Positions 9,698-19,707 of a stretch of DNA of 64,000 nucleotides are shown here, piece after piece. Source of the DNA: Nitrospinaceae bacterium UBA7883 (GTDB lineage Bacteria; Nitrospinota_A; UBA7883); contig DLRR01000012.1 in assembly GCA_002500605.1 (NCBI GenBank), positions 137,265 to 201,264 on the forward strand, read 5' to 3'. The notes beneath the pieces were generated by a model. It saw only the letters and a program-made list of their open reading frames with translations, was not told the DNA's origin and searched no databases. Each line of letters begins with the position of its first letter. Within the stretch, counting starts at the first letter, position 1. Both the position numbers and the translations under genes were made by a program.

Positions 9698-11065
9698 CTA
9701 TTTTATATAACCCCAACTTACAAGTCGATTGTAGGCATATTGTGATTGTTTGCTGTTTCTGTCAATCTGAAGATATCTGTAATACTCTTGGGCAGACCTC
9801 TGCTTTTTACCTTGACCCTCCAGTGAAATTCCTTTTAGAAAAACAGTATTCGGATTTCCAGGGAGCATCTCTTCATATTTGTCGAAATCGTAAAAAGCAG
9901 AAACGAATTGCCTGAGGTTAATCTTTGCCATGCCAGCCAGATGTACCGCCTGAGCCTCGCCGGGTTTTACTTTTTTTGCCTCTTCAGCATATCGCTTTGC
10001 ATGAATGTAGTTCTTTTGGGCAAAATGACACTTTGCCATCATTACAAGCCCAGCATAGTCTCTTGGAGCCTTATTAAGAGCAGTCAAAAAATGGCCTTCG
10101 GCGACCTTAAATTTTTTTAGCATCATTTGTTTTTCACCTGCTTGCATATTTTCAATAGCAATTTTGATTTTACGCAAGTTGGCCGTATAGTCTTTGTATC
10201 TTTCACGATTATTGGGGAACGCTTTAAATTTTGCATATTTGTCTATAACTCGCTTATTTGCAGTGTTATACCTCTCTAGGCTCATAGGATGGGTGGCAAA
10301 CATAGTTTTTATGGAACTGGGTTGATGCTTAAGCAGTTTTTGCAGCTCTTCCATAAGCCCGACCATGCCTTGAGGAGTATGTCCAGCTTTCACCATATAA
10401 TCCATTCCTAACTTATCTGCCTGTCGCTCGTCGTCGCGGCTGTATTTGGCTAGTAATAATCCAGCACCTAAGCCACCTAATCCGGTGGCAATTGAAGCTA
10501 CATTGCTATCTTGTGTGCCAACGTAGGTAGAAATACTAACAATAGCGAGCTGGGCCAAAACGCTTTTTGACATACGTGAAGCTGTATGACGTGCGTTGAC
10601 ATGACCCACCTCATGTCCAAGTAACCCTGCTAGCTCTGCCTCATTATCCAAATTGAGCATGATCCCTCTGGTAGTAGCAATACTACCACCAGGGAAAGCA
10701 TACGCATTAACATAAGTGGCGTTCACACAGCGAAATGAGTAAGGCATTTTTGGTCGATGACTAACAGATGCAATCTTTTTACCGACTTGGCCAATATACC
10801 AGTTCAACTCCGGGTCATCGGCTTCGCCGTAATCGGCAGAAAACTGATGAGGAGAGTTTTTTTGATCCAGGTTAACTTCTTCCTGCTCAGACATAAGCAT
10901 TACTTGAGACTCGCCAGTGACTGGGTTTGTGGCACAGCTAGTCAAACCAACACCAGCAACAACAGACGTAGTATACTGGAGAAAATTCCTCCTGTTCAAA
11001 TAAGGCTCGTTATAGCCATTACCAAGGTACTTTCCGTCTAAGTCAATCAAACCCTTAAGCAACAT
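9698..11065 (-). CDS. M48-family zinc metalloprotease with C-terminal TPR repeats (BepA/YfgC-like); predicted Tat-signal lipoprotein
   Basis: 455 aa with the HEVGHVNARH (HExxH) motif and TPR-like C-terminal helices. The N-terminus has a twin-arginine-like NRRNFLQ followed by a lipobox LTSC. Confidence 0.7.
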   Translation of the reverse strand: MLLKGLIDLDGKYLGNGYNEPYLNRRNFLQYTTSVVAGVGLTSCATNPVTGESQVMLMSEQEEVNLDQKNSPHQFSADYGEADDPELNWYIGQVGKKIASVSHRPKMPYSFRCVNATYVNAYAFPGGSIATTRGIMLNLDNEAELAGLLGHEVGHVNARHTASRMSKSVLAQLAIVSISTYVGTQDSNVASIATGLGGLGAGLLLAKYSRDDERQADKLGMDYMVKAGHTPQGMVGLMEELQKLLKHQPSSIKTMFATHPMSLERYNTANKRVIDKYAKFKAFPNNRERYKDYTANLRKIKIAIENMQAGEKQMMLKKFKVAEGHFLTALNKAPRDYAGLVMMAKCHFAQKNYIHAKRYAEEAKKVKPGEAQAVHLAGMAKINLRQFVSAFYDFDKYEEMLPGNPNTVFLKGISLEGQGKKQRSAQEYYRYLQIDRNSKQSQYAYNRLVSWGYIK

Positions 11066-11278
11066 TTAAATACTCTCCTATTATCTACCTTGGTGTATTT
11101 TATCAATTATAAAAGCAATTTATTTTACTCCAGCAATATTACCCGGGCGGATTTTTATTTTATTATCGGTTAGATGTTGCTTTGTCTTAATCACTAATTC
11201 AAAGTCTAAAGGCCATAAAAGACTCACAACCTGATAGTATTGTTAGCCACAAAACTAAATTTTATTGGATTTTCTTAG

Positions 11279-14200
11279 ATGTTATCCCTCTTGGATCTTT
11301 TAAATAATATTTCTACGTCTGGCTCCTATCATCACGTAGAGTGTAACGGGTTAACTTTAACAGCTAAAGGTTTACTTACCGAGTCAATACCGAGGTTTAT
11401 TAACAAGCCAATTGTTGTTTTCTGCGACAAGGCCTCAAAAGCCGAAGAATTTGTCGATATTCTTAACTTCTTTAATTCGAGTAAAAACCCCAACCCGATG
11501 AGGCAGATCATTTATTTCCCGCCGTGGGAAATACTGCCTTTTGAAGAAATTTCACCACACCCTGAAATAACAAAACAAAGAGTTAGCACACTGTCAACAT
11601 TGTTGAATTGTGACAGTCATTTTACTCTTGTTACTTCAATTGAAGCCGTTGCAAGAAAAATAGTGCCAAATGATGTGATCATAGATTCGCTATTAGGCAT
11701 CAGTGTGGGCGATAGCCTAGATACAGAAGTTTTAGCAGACCATCTAATTTCTACCGGATATAGAAGGTCTGAGACTGTTTGCGAGAGGGGTGAATTTTCT
11801 ATCCGTGGCAACATAGTAGATATATTTGGTGGGGCAACTGAAATACCGTACAGAATAGAATTATTGGCAGACGAAGTGGAATCGCTGCGACTCTTCGATC
11901 CCAATACGCAACGGTCTACCGATGCCATAAACAATATAAAAATTATCCCACACAGGGAAGTCTTTTACAGAGGTTGTAACCAGAAGAACCTTGCGGAAGC
12001 TTATTTAAAAATTACAAGTAATACGAGTAATATTAATAAAGAAAATCACAATAGAGAAAGAATATTCAATTTAATTGAGTCTGCTGCTTTTTTCAAGGGC
12101 ATGGAGTCTTTGATGCCTTTATTTTTCCATGAGCCGGGAACACTGTTTGATTATCTGCCCAATAGTTGTGCCTTCATCATTGACGAACCAGAGGCCGTCA
12201 CAAAACATCTAGAGGAATTTATGGGGCTAGCCAAAGAAAGGTATATTTCATTTACAAAGAGTGGCAATGGTAACCTTGAATTCGAAAAACTTTTCATGCC
12301 TTTGTACAGCTTAAAAAGTCAACTCGATAAAAAAACAATAATTCGCATGCGGGAACTTCCAGTAAGTTCTAAGGATAATGGATCTTTAACTGTGTCAAGC
12401 CATACTCCAGATCAGTATAAAGGTAACTTAAAAAAGTTCTTAGGTGACCTAAAGACTATGCTAACCGCCAGCAACTGGGTCATTTTGATCACTAGCACAG
12501 AAACAGGGGCCAAACGACTTTCTCGGTTACTCACAGAGAACAACTTAAGTGCCAGAATAATTAGTAAAAATGAATTGTCCCTTCTTATGCCGAGCATGCT
12601 CAAATCACAACCAGCTCCATTGAAAGGCAACCTGCTAATTGTCATCGGCTCTTTGCCAGAAGGCATGGTCATACCGAGTGACAAGTTGTCCTTTATAACA
12701 GAATATGAAATATTCGGCCGTGCACGATACATTCGTCACCGCAAAAAACCAGAAAACAAGCCATTTAACTCTGGAACAACAAACCTAGAACCAGGAAATT
12801 TAGTGGTACATAAAACTCATGGTGTGGGCAGGTATGTTGGAGCCAATGAAATGGTAATAGCTGGCTCCAACGAAGAGTATATGGAGATTGAATACGCAGA
12901 AACGCAAAAGCTTTATGTTCCTCTAAGAGACCTTTATTTGCTCACAAAGTTTATTGGTAGCAGAGATGGAAAGCCGCCATTAGATAAAATGGGTGGCACC
13001 ACTTGGAAAAAAACCAAGACTAAGGTCAAGAATAGTTTGTTACATATGGCCAAAGAACTTTTAACGATCTACGCAACTCGGGAACTTGCAGGGGGACATT
13101 CTTTCAGCCTTGATAGTACATTCCACAACGAGTTTAGAGAAACTTTTGAGTTTGAAGAAACGGAAGATCAATTGTCCGCTATAATGGCCGTGGCATCTGA
13201 CATGGAAAGCTCCAGACCTATGGATCGATTAGTGTGCGGTGATGTTGGTTACGGGAAGACCGAAGTTGCCATGAGAGCAGTGTTTAAATCAGTCTTTGAT
13301 GGAAAGCAGGCTGCTGTTCTAGTTCCAACCACTTTACTAGCTCAGCAACACTACCATACTTTCTCTGAGCGGTTTAAATCGTTTCCTGTAAAAATTCAAT
13401 CTCTAAGTCGATTTAAATCACGTCAGGAGCAAAAAGAAATTATAGAGCAAACAACAACTGGTGAAGTTGATGTGCTTATTGGCACACACCGCCTCTTACA
13501 AAGGGATATCAACTTCAATAATCTCGGGCTAATCGTAATAGACGAAGAACAACGGTTTGGCGTAAAACACAAAGAAAAATTGAGAAATATTAGGCAAAGT
13601 GTTGACGTACTAACAATGACAGCCACTCCTATTCCAAGAACCCTTCAAACAGCTCTGCTTGGCATCCGTGACCTTTCTGTTATTGAAACGCCGCCGCCAG
13701 GCCGCCTCTCTATTCAAACATTTATATGCAAGTTTTCGGAAGACATAATAAAAGAAGCCATGCTGCGAGAGCTAGACCGTGGCGGGCAAGTTTTTTTTCT
13801 GCACAATAATATCAAATCTATTTATTCCATCGCGAGTTTATTAAAGAAGCTTGTTCCTCAGTCCAGAATTGCTGTGGCCCATGGCCAGATGCAAGAAAGG
13901 GAATTGGAGTCAGTTATGGTAGATTTCATAGACCAAAAATATGATGTGCTTGTCTGTACAACCATAATAGACTCTGGTTTGGATATTGCTTCTACAAACA
14001 CTATTCTGATAAACAGGGCTGACCGCTTTGGGTTAGCGCAACTTTACCAGCTCCGCGGAAGGATTGGCAGAGATAAGCACAGAGCTTATTGCTATCTTCT
14101 TATACCAGGGTTAGCATCCATGACTGTTCAAGCACAAAAAAGGTTAAAAGCAATCGAAGAGCTTAGCGAGCTAGGCAGCGGATTTAAGCTTGCAGCCAAA

Positions 14201-14782
14201 GATATGGAAATACGTGGTAGTGGTAATCTGCTCGGACCAGAGCAATCCGGCCAAATAAATGCCGTTGGGTTTGACACTTATTGCGACATGCTAGAAGAAT
14301 GCATAAGTGAACTCAAAGGCGACCCCACAAAACAGCAGATTGAAATGGATTTCAATCTAAATCTTGTAGGTCGAATTCCACCAACATACATATCAGAGTT
14401 GGCACAAAGAATAGAATTGTACAACCGACTTCACACTACCAACACAATAAATGAGCTTTCCGACTTGTCGATAGAGATGAAGGATCGTTTCGGACCAATT
14501 CCAGAAGAAGCTGAAAAGTTGTTAGCTGCTCTTAATGTTAAGATCCTTGTGTCTTCAATTGGGGTGGAAAAAGTTGATGTGGTTGGATCGAAGACTTTTC
14601 TAACCTTTAGTCCATCTACCACTGTCACACCAGAACAGCTTATCAATGCATCGCAAATTTCAGACAGCAAATTTAGTTTCGTTTCAGAAAACATGGTGGA
14701 GTTGAGGCTCATTGACGACAACTGGAAAAGTCGACTTTATTCATTAACCAAATTCTTGGAGTTTTTACTAGAAAAGCAATAG
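11279..14782 (+). CDS. mfd: Transcription-repair coupling factor
   Basis: 1167 aa. Contains a UvrB-homology N-terminus, the RNAP-interacting domain, superfamily-2 helicase motifs (GDVGYGKTEVA, DEEQRFG) and a TRCF C-terminal domain. Confidence 0.9.
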   Translation: MLSLLDLLNNISTSGSYHHVECNGLTLTAKGLLTESIPRFINKPIVVFCDKASKAEEFVDILNFFNSSKNPNPMRQIIYFPPWEILPFEEISPHPEITKQRVSTLSTLLNCDSHFTLVTSIEAVARKIVPNDVIIDSLLGISVGDSLDTEVLADHLISTGYRRSETVCERGEFSIRGNIVDIFGGATEIPYRIELLADEVESLRLFDPNTQRSTDAINNIKIIPHREVFYRGCNQKNLAEAYLKITSNTSNINKENHNRERIFNLIESAAFFKGMESLMPLFFHEPGTLFDYLPNSCAFIIDEPEAVTKHLEEFMGLAKERYISFTKSGNGNLEFEKLFMPLYSLKSQLDKKTIIRMRELPVSSKDNGSLTVSSHTPDQYKGNLKKFLGDLKTMLTASNWVILITSTETGAKRLSRLLTENNLSARIISKNELSLLMPSMLKSQPAPLKGNLLIVIGSLPEGMVIPSDKLSFITEYEIFGRARYIRHRKKPENKPFNSGTTNLEPGNLVVHKTHGVGRYVGANEMVIAGSNEEYMEIEYAETQKLYVPLRDLYLLTKFIGSRDGKPPLDKMGGTTWKKTKTKVKNSLLHMAKELLTIYATRELAGGHSFSLDSTFHNEFRETFEFEETEDQLSAIMAVASDMESSRPMDRLVCGDVGYGKTEVAMRAVFKSVFDGKQAAVLVPTTLLAQQHYHTFSERFKSFPVKIQSLSRFKSRQEQKEIIEQTTTGEVDVLIGTHRLLQRDINFNNLGLIVIDEEQRFGVKHKEKLRNIRQSVDVLTMTATPIPRTLQTALLGIRDLSVIETPPPGRLSIQTFICKFSEDIIKEAMLRELDRGGQVFFLHNNIKSIYSIASLLKKLVPQSRIAVAHGQMQERELESVMVDFIDQKYDVLVCTTIIDSGLDIASTNTILINRADRFGLAQLYQLRGRIGRDKHRAYCYLLIPGLASMTVQAQKRLKAIEELSELGSGFKLAAKDMEIRGSGNLLGPEQSGQINAVGFDTYCDMLEECISELKGDPTKQQIEMDFNLNLVGRIPPTYISELAQRIELYNRLHTTNTINELSDLSIEMKDRFGPIPEEAEKLLAALNVKILVSSIGVEKVDVVGSKTFLTFSPSTTVTPEQLINASQISDSKFSFVSENMVELRLIDDNWKSRLYSLTKFLEFLLEKQ

Positions 14783-14916
14783 AATAATAAAAGCATATTA
14801 GACTAGAGTTCTAAGCGATTTGACTTACTACCAAATTATTAATAATTCCAGTGAATAACTATAGCCCAGGCAATAAGCTCAAGTGCAGACATTATTTTTG
14901 CTCAGGATAATCAATT

Positions 14917-15885
14917 ATGCAAAAAAAGCGTTTCATTTTTTACTTTCTCTTAATAGTAACCTTGCAAGCGACAGGATGCTTTAAAGACCAAGATAGAAGC
15001 AAATCGATTGTTGAACCAAAAAATGCAGCCCTTGCAATAATAGGCAACAGAACAATTACAGTTTCGGAGTTTGAACATGCTGTCGACAAATACAAACTTC
15101 TTCTTGAGGTTAGTGGTTTTGGGTTAAATCGAAGCACTGAAAACATCAGGCGAACAACCTTGAATAGGCTTGTGAATGAAAGAATTCTTTTGGAAGAGGC
15201 AGAGAATCACGGGATCACTGTCTCAAAGAAAGAGCTTGACCGCGAAATCAAATTGCTTCTAGACAAACACGATAAATCTAAACTTAATGTAACTCTTGGC
15301 AAGCTTGGATCTAATATTGACGAATGGAAAAAGATGCTTGAACAGAACATAAAGATTGAGAAACTAGTTAGTCAACAAGTAGACTCCAAAATAATAATCG
15401 ACAATACCGCGGAAAAAAACTTTTTCAGAAACAACCTGAACACTTTCCGACTTCCAGAGCGTATAAAGGCCAAACACATCTTAGTTGACAACAAGGTTAA
15501 AGCTTACAGTATAAGAAAAAAGCTATTAACAGGTGGTGACTTTGCTACAATAGCAAAAGAAAACTCACAAAACATAAGTGATTATGTTGACAGCTATAGT
15601 TATCTGGTGAGAGGTCAGATACCAATTGAGCTTGAAGATGTAGTGTTTCGCCTTAAAGTTGGGGAAATATCTAAGATAGTAAAGTCACAATATGGATTTC
15701 ACATAATTAAGCTTGTGAAATTAGAAAAGGCCCGGCTAATGAATTTTACCGAGGCACAGCCAAGGATAAAAAACTTTTTATTCAAGCAAAAACGTGAAAA
15801 GGAATTTAATAGTTGGCTAGAAAAGGTTCGATTAAATACAAAGGTAACCATAAACTGGGAATTGTTAAGTCTTGGCCCACAGTGA
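14917..15885 (+). CDS. Peptidyl-prolyl cis-trans isomerase, SurA/PrsA-like with single parvulin domain; secreted
   Basis: 322 aa with an N-terminal signal/lipoprotein-like sequence (LQATGC) and the parvulin motif FGFHIIKL. Confidence 0.7.
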   Translation: MQKKRFIFYFLLIVTLQATGCFKDQDRSKSIVEPKNAALAIIGNRTITVSEFEHAVDKYKLLLEVSGFGLNRSTENIRRTTLNRLVNERILLEEAENHGITVSKKELDREIKLLLDKHDKSKLNVTLGKLGSNIDEWKKMLEQNIKIEKLVSQQVDSKIIIDNTAEKNFFRNNLNTFRLPERIKAKHILVDNKVKAYSIRKKLLTGGDFATIAKENSQNISDYVDSYSYLVRGQIPIELEDVVFRLKVGEISKIVKSQYGFHIIKLVKLEKARLMNFTEAQPRIKNFLFKQKREKEFNSWLEKVRLNTKVTINWELLSLGPQ

Positions 15886-16838
15886 AAATTGTTTTGGCGT
15901 GGATAGTCTTAAGTATTTTCTCGAATGAACCAGCGGCATTGGCAAGTACTGAACAAATACTGGATCGAATTGTTGCAAATGTTAATGGTGAAATTATTCT
16001 ACTCTCTGATCTGCGCAAGGAAATAGCCAGTCTTCGTGATATGCAACGCAATGGTGCAAAAATAGACAGTTCAATGGTAACTGAAAGTGCTGTATTGCAG
16101 TCAATCATTGATGAAAGCATTATTGCTTTTCACGCGAAAGAACGAGAAATTAAGGTCAGTGCAATTGAAGTTGATCAAATGATTGAGGAAATCAAAGAGG
16201 AAAATGGTTTTTCGGATGAAGAGTTGATACATGCCCTTAAATCACAAAGCTCTTCAATACAACAATTGCGTAAAAACCTGAAACGCCGAAGGCTAGTAAA
16301 AAAAGTTATGAGTTATGAAATAACTCAGACTAATATCTCCGAAAATGAGATAAGACAATATTACATTAAAAACAAAGATAAGTTTACTAAAGTCGGCCGT
16401 ATCAGAGCTAAACATATAGTCATCCTGCTACCTAAGGAATCTGGAAAAACTAAGCATGCCGAAGTTAAAAAAACCATATATGAACTGCTTGCAAAAATAC
16501 AAAATGGTGGTAATTTTTCCGAAATTGCCAGTAAATATTCTCAAGATGGCTCAGCCAGCCTTGGTGGCGACTTGGGGTGGTTTAAGCCTGGTGATATGGT
16601 TCCCGAGTTCGAACAGATAGCATTTTCGTTGAAAGAGGGCGAATTAGGTGGACCAGTTAAAACTAAGTTTGGATACCACTTAATTTTAGTTACAAACCGC
16701 GAGAAACCAGAGTTGGTACCGTTGAAAGATGTATCGGCAAAAATAGAAAAAGAGCTATCCGCTGTCAAGTTTAACGATAACCGCCAAGAATGGATAGACC
16801 GCCTGCGCGAAGAAGCTTACATTGAGTTAATGCAATGA
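15882..16838 (+). CDS. Peptidyl-prolyl cis-trans isomerase, SurA/PrsA-like paralog (parvulin domain)
   Basis: In-frame GTG at 15882 overlaps the upstream stop (GTGA). Signal-peptide-like VKIVLAWIVLSIF...ALAS, and parvulin motif FGYHLILV. Confidence 0.65.
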   Translation: MKIVLAWIVLSIFSNEPAALASTEQILDRIVANVNGEIILLSDLRKEIASLRDMQRNGAKIDSSMVTESAVLQSIIDESIIAFHAKEREIKVSAIEVDQMIEEIKEENGFSDEELIHALKSQSSSIQQLRKNLKRRRLVKKVMSYEITQTNISENEIRQYYIKNKDKFTKVGRIRAKHIVILLPKESGKTKHAEVKKTIYELLAKIQNGGNFSEIASKYSQDGSASLGGDLGWFKPGDMVPEFEQIAFSLKEGELGGPVKTKFGYHLILVTNREKPELVPLKDVSAKIEKELSAVKFNDNRQEWIDRLREEAYIELMQ

Positions 16839-16883
16839 TCAAACTAGCTATTCCCACTTTGCAGCAAATAAGGAAAGTGTAAA

Positions 16884-17903
16884 ATGACCATAAAGGCATT
16901 AGGACTTTTGTCAGGAGGGCTGGACAGTCACTTGGCCACCCATATTATGCAAGACATGGGTTTCGATATTACTCTTCTAAACTTTTCTAGCCCTTTTTGT
17001 AATTGCACCAAAAAGAAAGCAAGTTGTAATAATGAGGCCAAAAAAATTGCCGATGAACTTGGAATGCCTTGTCAGGTTGAGTTTTTAGGACAAGAGTATC
17101 TGGACATTATCAGAAATCCAAAATTTGGCTACGGCAAAAACATGAACCCATGTATTGATTGCAGGGTTATGATTTTCAAGAGAGCTAAATCGAAGATGAA
17201 AAAGCTTGGGTCTGCATTCATCTTTACTGGAGAAGTGCTCGATCAACGCCCAATGTCACAAAACCTAACGAAGATGACTATGATTGAAAGGGAGTCAGGT
17301 TTAGAAGGCTATGTGGTAAGACCGCTCTCCGCAAAACTTCTACCACCTACAATACCGGAAAAAGAAGGCATTATTGACCGTGAAAAGATGCTCAGCATAC
17401 GAGGAAGAAGCAGAAAAGATCAGATCCAGTTGGGCCGTGATGAATACAGTTTACCGGAAGAAAGCCTATGTTCTTCTGGAGGGTGTTTGCTAACAGACCC
17501 AAATTTTGCGGTTCGTATCAGGGATCTAATGGAAAACAGCGTTGGTGCTACTGTGAAAGATACCCACTTTCTCAAAGTTGGTCGTCACTTCCGACTAACT
17601 AACAAGCTAAAAGTAGTAGTTGGCAGAAATCATGAAGAGAACAATAAACTGGAAAAAATGGCATCCAGTACAGATTTTTTGTTCTACCCTGATCATATCG
17701 GTATAAAGGGGCCATTGACTGTTATACAGGGTTTCTTTGATAAAGATACTATCAAGCAGATTGGAGGAATTTCCTCAAGTTATTGCTCTGGAACAGAAGG
17801 AAAACCAGTTAGAATGGTTTATAGAACAAAATCTGGTGCCAACAAGTGGTTTGTAATGGCTAAACCAGCTACAAAGGAAATGATTGAAAAATGGCGCATT
17901 TAG
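16884..17903 (+). CDS. PP-loop ATP pyrophosphatase, ThiI-like sulfurtransferase lacking THUMP domain (tRNA thiolation / thiamine sulfur transfer)
   Basis: 339 aa. PP-loop LLSGGLDSHLA; the GEVLDQRPMSQNLTKM segment resembles the ThiI GESLGQVASQTL region. Several Cys pairs (FCNC, PCIDC, CSSGGC) are present. Lies directly upstream of a cysteine desulfurase. Confidence 0.5.
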   Translation: MTIKALGLLSGGLDSHLATHIMQDMGFDITLLNFSSPFCNCTKKKASCNNEAKKIADELGMPCQVEFLGQEYLDIIRNPKFGYGKNMNPCIDCRVMIFKRAKSKMKKLGSAFIFTGEVLDQRPMSQNLTKMTMIERESGLEGYVVRPLSAKLLPPTIPEKEGIIDREKMLSIRGRSRKDQIQLGRDEYSLPEESLCSSGGCLLTDPNFAVRIRDLMENSVGATVKDTHFLKVGRHFRLTNKLKVVVGRNHEENNKLEKMASSTDFLFYPDHIGIKGPLTVIQGFFDKDTIKQIGGISSSYCSGTEGKPVRMVYRTKSGANKWFVMAKPATKEMIEKWRI

Positions 17904-17936
17904 CTGATATGGTAAAATACAACTGGAGGGACTGAC

Positions 17937-19172
17937 ATGAATGAACCTCGCCGAGTCTATCTTGACAATAATGCAACAACCCCGGTACACCCAAAAGTAA
18001 TTGAGGCGATGCTCCCCTTTTTCAAAGATGGGTTTGGAAATCCATCATCGGGGCATGCTTATGGCCGTTTTGTAAAAAACAAAATAAGTGAATCCAGAGA
18101 GATTGTGGCCAATGCTATAGGAGCCGAACCATCAGAGATCATTTTTACTTCAGGAGGTACAGAAGCTGATAACATAGCAATTTGTGGTTCGGCGGCTGGA
18201 CATACTAAGAAAACTGACAGAACTCGGCTTGTTACCACCACTATTGAGCATCCTGCGGTTTTAGAGACAGTCAAACATTTAGCCAAAAATGGGTATGAAG
18301 CAAGGTATATGCCTGTGGATAATGAGGCTTTAGTAAACCCCGACTCACTTAACGATATGATCAACAATGAGACGGCTATAGTATCAGTAATGCATGCTAA
18401 CAATGAAGTGGGCACAATTCAGCCAATTCGTGAAATATCGGAAATAGCTAAAAGTTATGGGGCGTTAATGCATACAGACGCAGTTCAAACGTTTACAAAA
18501 ATACCAATTAACGTGGATGATGTTGGAGTTGATCTTCTTAGCTTATCCGGTCACAAGATAAACGGACCCAAAGGAATAGGTGCTCTATATATCCGAAAAG
18601 GGTCAAAAATAAAGCCAATAATTCATGGAGGGCACCATGAGTTCGGCCTTAGGGCTGGAACAGAAAATGTTGCGGGTATAATCGGTTTAGCAGAGGCTGT
18701 AAGAATAGGCATAGAGAATTTGGTTGAAGATGCAAATCATGCTCAAAAGATGCGAGACGAGCTCGAAAAACGAATTACTAAAACTATTCCATTTGTACGG
18801 CTGAACGGTCATAGAGAAAAGAGAATTCCAAATACTTTAAATATGTCCTTTGAATGCGTAGAAGGTGAGGCGCTGTTAATTAATCTAGATATGGCAGGAA
18901 TAGCCATATCAACTGGCTCAGCATGTAGTTCAGGTTCACTAGACCCTAGCCATGTGTTGTTAGCAATGGGTATCCCACACGAAATCGTTCATGGAAGCCT
19001 GAGGTTTTCGTTTGGTCCGACAAATACAATAGAGGATATAGACTATGTTATGACCCATCTGCCAAGGATCATAGATATGGTTCGCCAAATTTCTCCACTT
19101 TGGGACTCTGACAATGGCAAAGTTCTCACTGTGGAAGAAGCTGCGATTGGATCCTTACATGTGGGTCACTGA
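17937..19172 (+). CDS. Cysteine desulfurase (class V aminotransferase, NifS/IscS-like)
   Basis: 411 aa. PLP-lysine region SGHKINGPKGIGALYI; catalytic Cys loop STGSACSS. Confidence 0.85.
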   Translation: MNEPRRVYLDNNATTPVHPKVIEAMLPFFKDGFGNPSSGHAYGRFVKNKISESREIVANAIGAEPSEIIFTSGGTEADNIAICGSAAGHTKKTDRTRLVTTTIEHPAVLETVKHLAKNGYEARYMPVDNEALVNPDSLNDMINNETAIVSVMHANNEVGTIQPIREISEIAKSYGALMHTDAVQTFTKIPINVDDVGVDLLSLSGHKINGPKGIGALYIRKGSKIKPIIHGGHHEFGLRAGTENVAGIIGLAEAVRIGIENLVEDANHAQKMRDELEKRITKTIPFVRLNGHREKRIPNTLNMSFECVEGEALLINLDMAGIAISTGSACSSGSLDPSHVLLAMGIPHEIVHGSLRFSFGPTNTIEDIDYVMTHLPRIIDMVRQISPLWDSDNGKVLTVEEAAIGSLHVGH

Positions 19173-19277
19173 TAACAAATTGGTAGATCTACTTCTTATC
19201 TATCTTGCTTGTAAAGTTTCAAGCGAGCATACCTTGCGGAATTCCAAGTTTCCAAGTACAACCTTTATTAAGTACTC

Positions 19278-19661
19278 TCAGTACCTCTTATCCAAGTAGT
19301 CTTGGACTATAGTTAAATGATCAAAAACTAGTAATGGCAACTGATCTTTGCCGAAGAGTCTAGCAGTTTTAGCATCCGAGCCAGCCTTAGGAGTTCCCGC
19401 AGCACTTGCAATAAATACAAGAGACACGTTGTGTTGCCTAGGATCGCGATTCGGGTTTGAGTACATGTGAAATTGTCTAATTAATTTCACATTTAGACCG
19501 GTTTCTTCTTTGGCCTCACGAATAGCAGCATCTTCAACTGACTCACCATAGTCGACATAGCCACCAGGTATGGCCCATCCATACGGTTCATTAATCCTTT
19601 CAATTAACACAATCTTCTTTTTAATTTCTATGATAATGTCTACAGTGACACTAGGATTCAT
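19278..19661 (-). CDS. NUDIX hydrolase
   Basis: 127 aa with the Nudix box [24 protein letters not shown]. Confidence 0.8.
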   Translation of the reverse strand: MNPSVTVDIIIEIKKKIVLIERINEPYGWAIPGGYVDYGESVEDAAIREAKEETGLNVKLIRQFHMYSNPNRDPRQHNVSLVFIASAAGTPKAGSDAKTARLFGKDQLPLLVFDHLTIVQDYLDKRY

Positions 19662-19707
19662 ATATTTGACGACACTTGTGCCACATTTAGGGCAAACCGT
19701 TTTTTTT

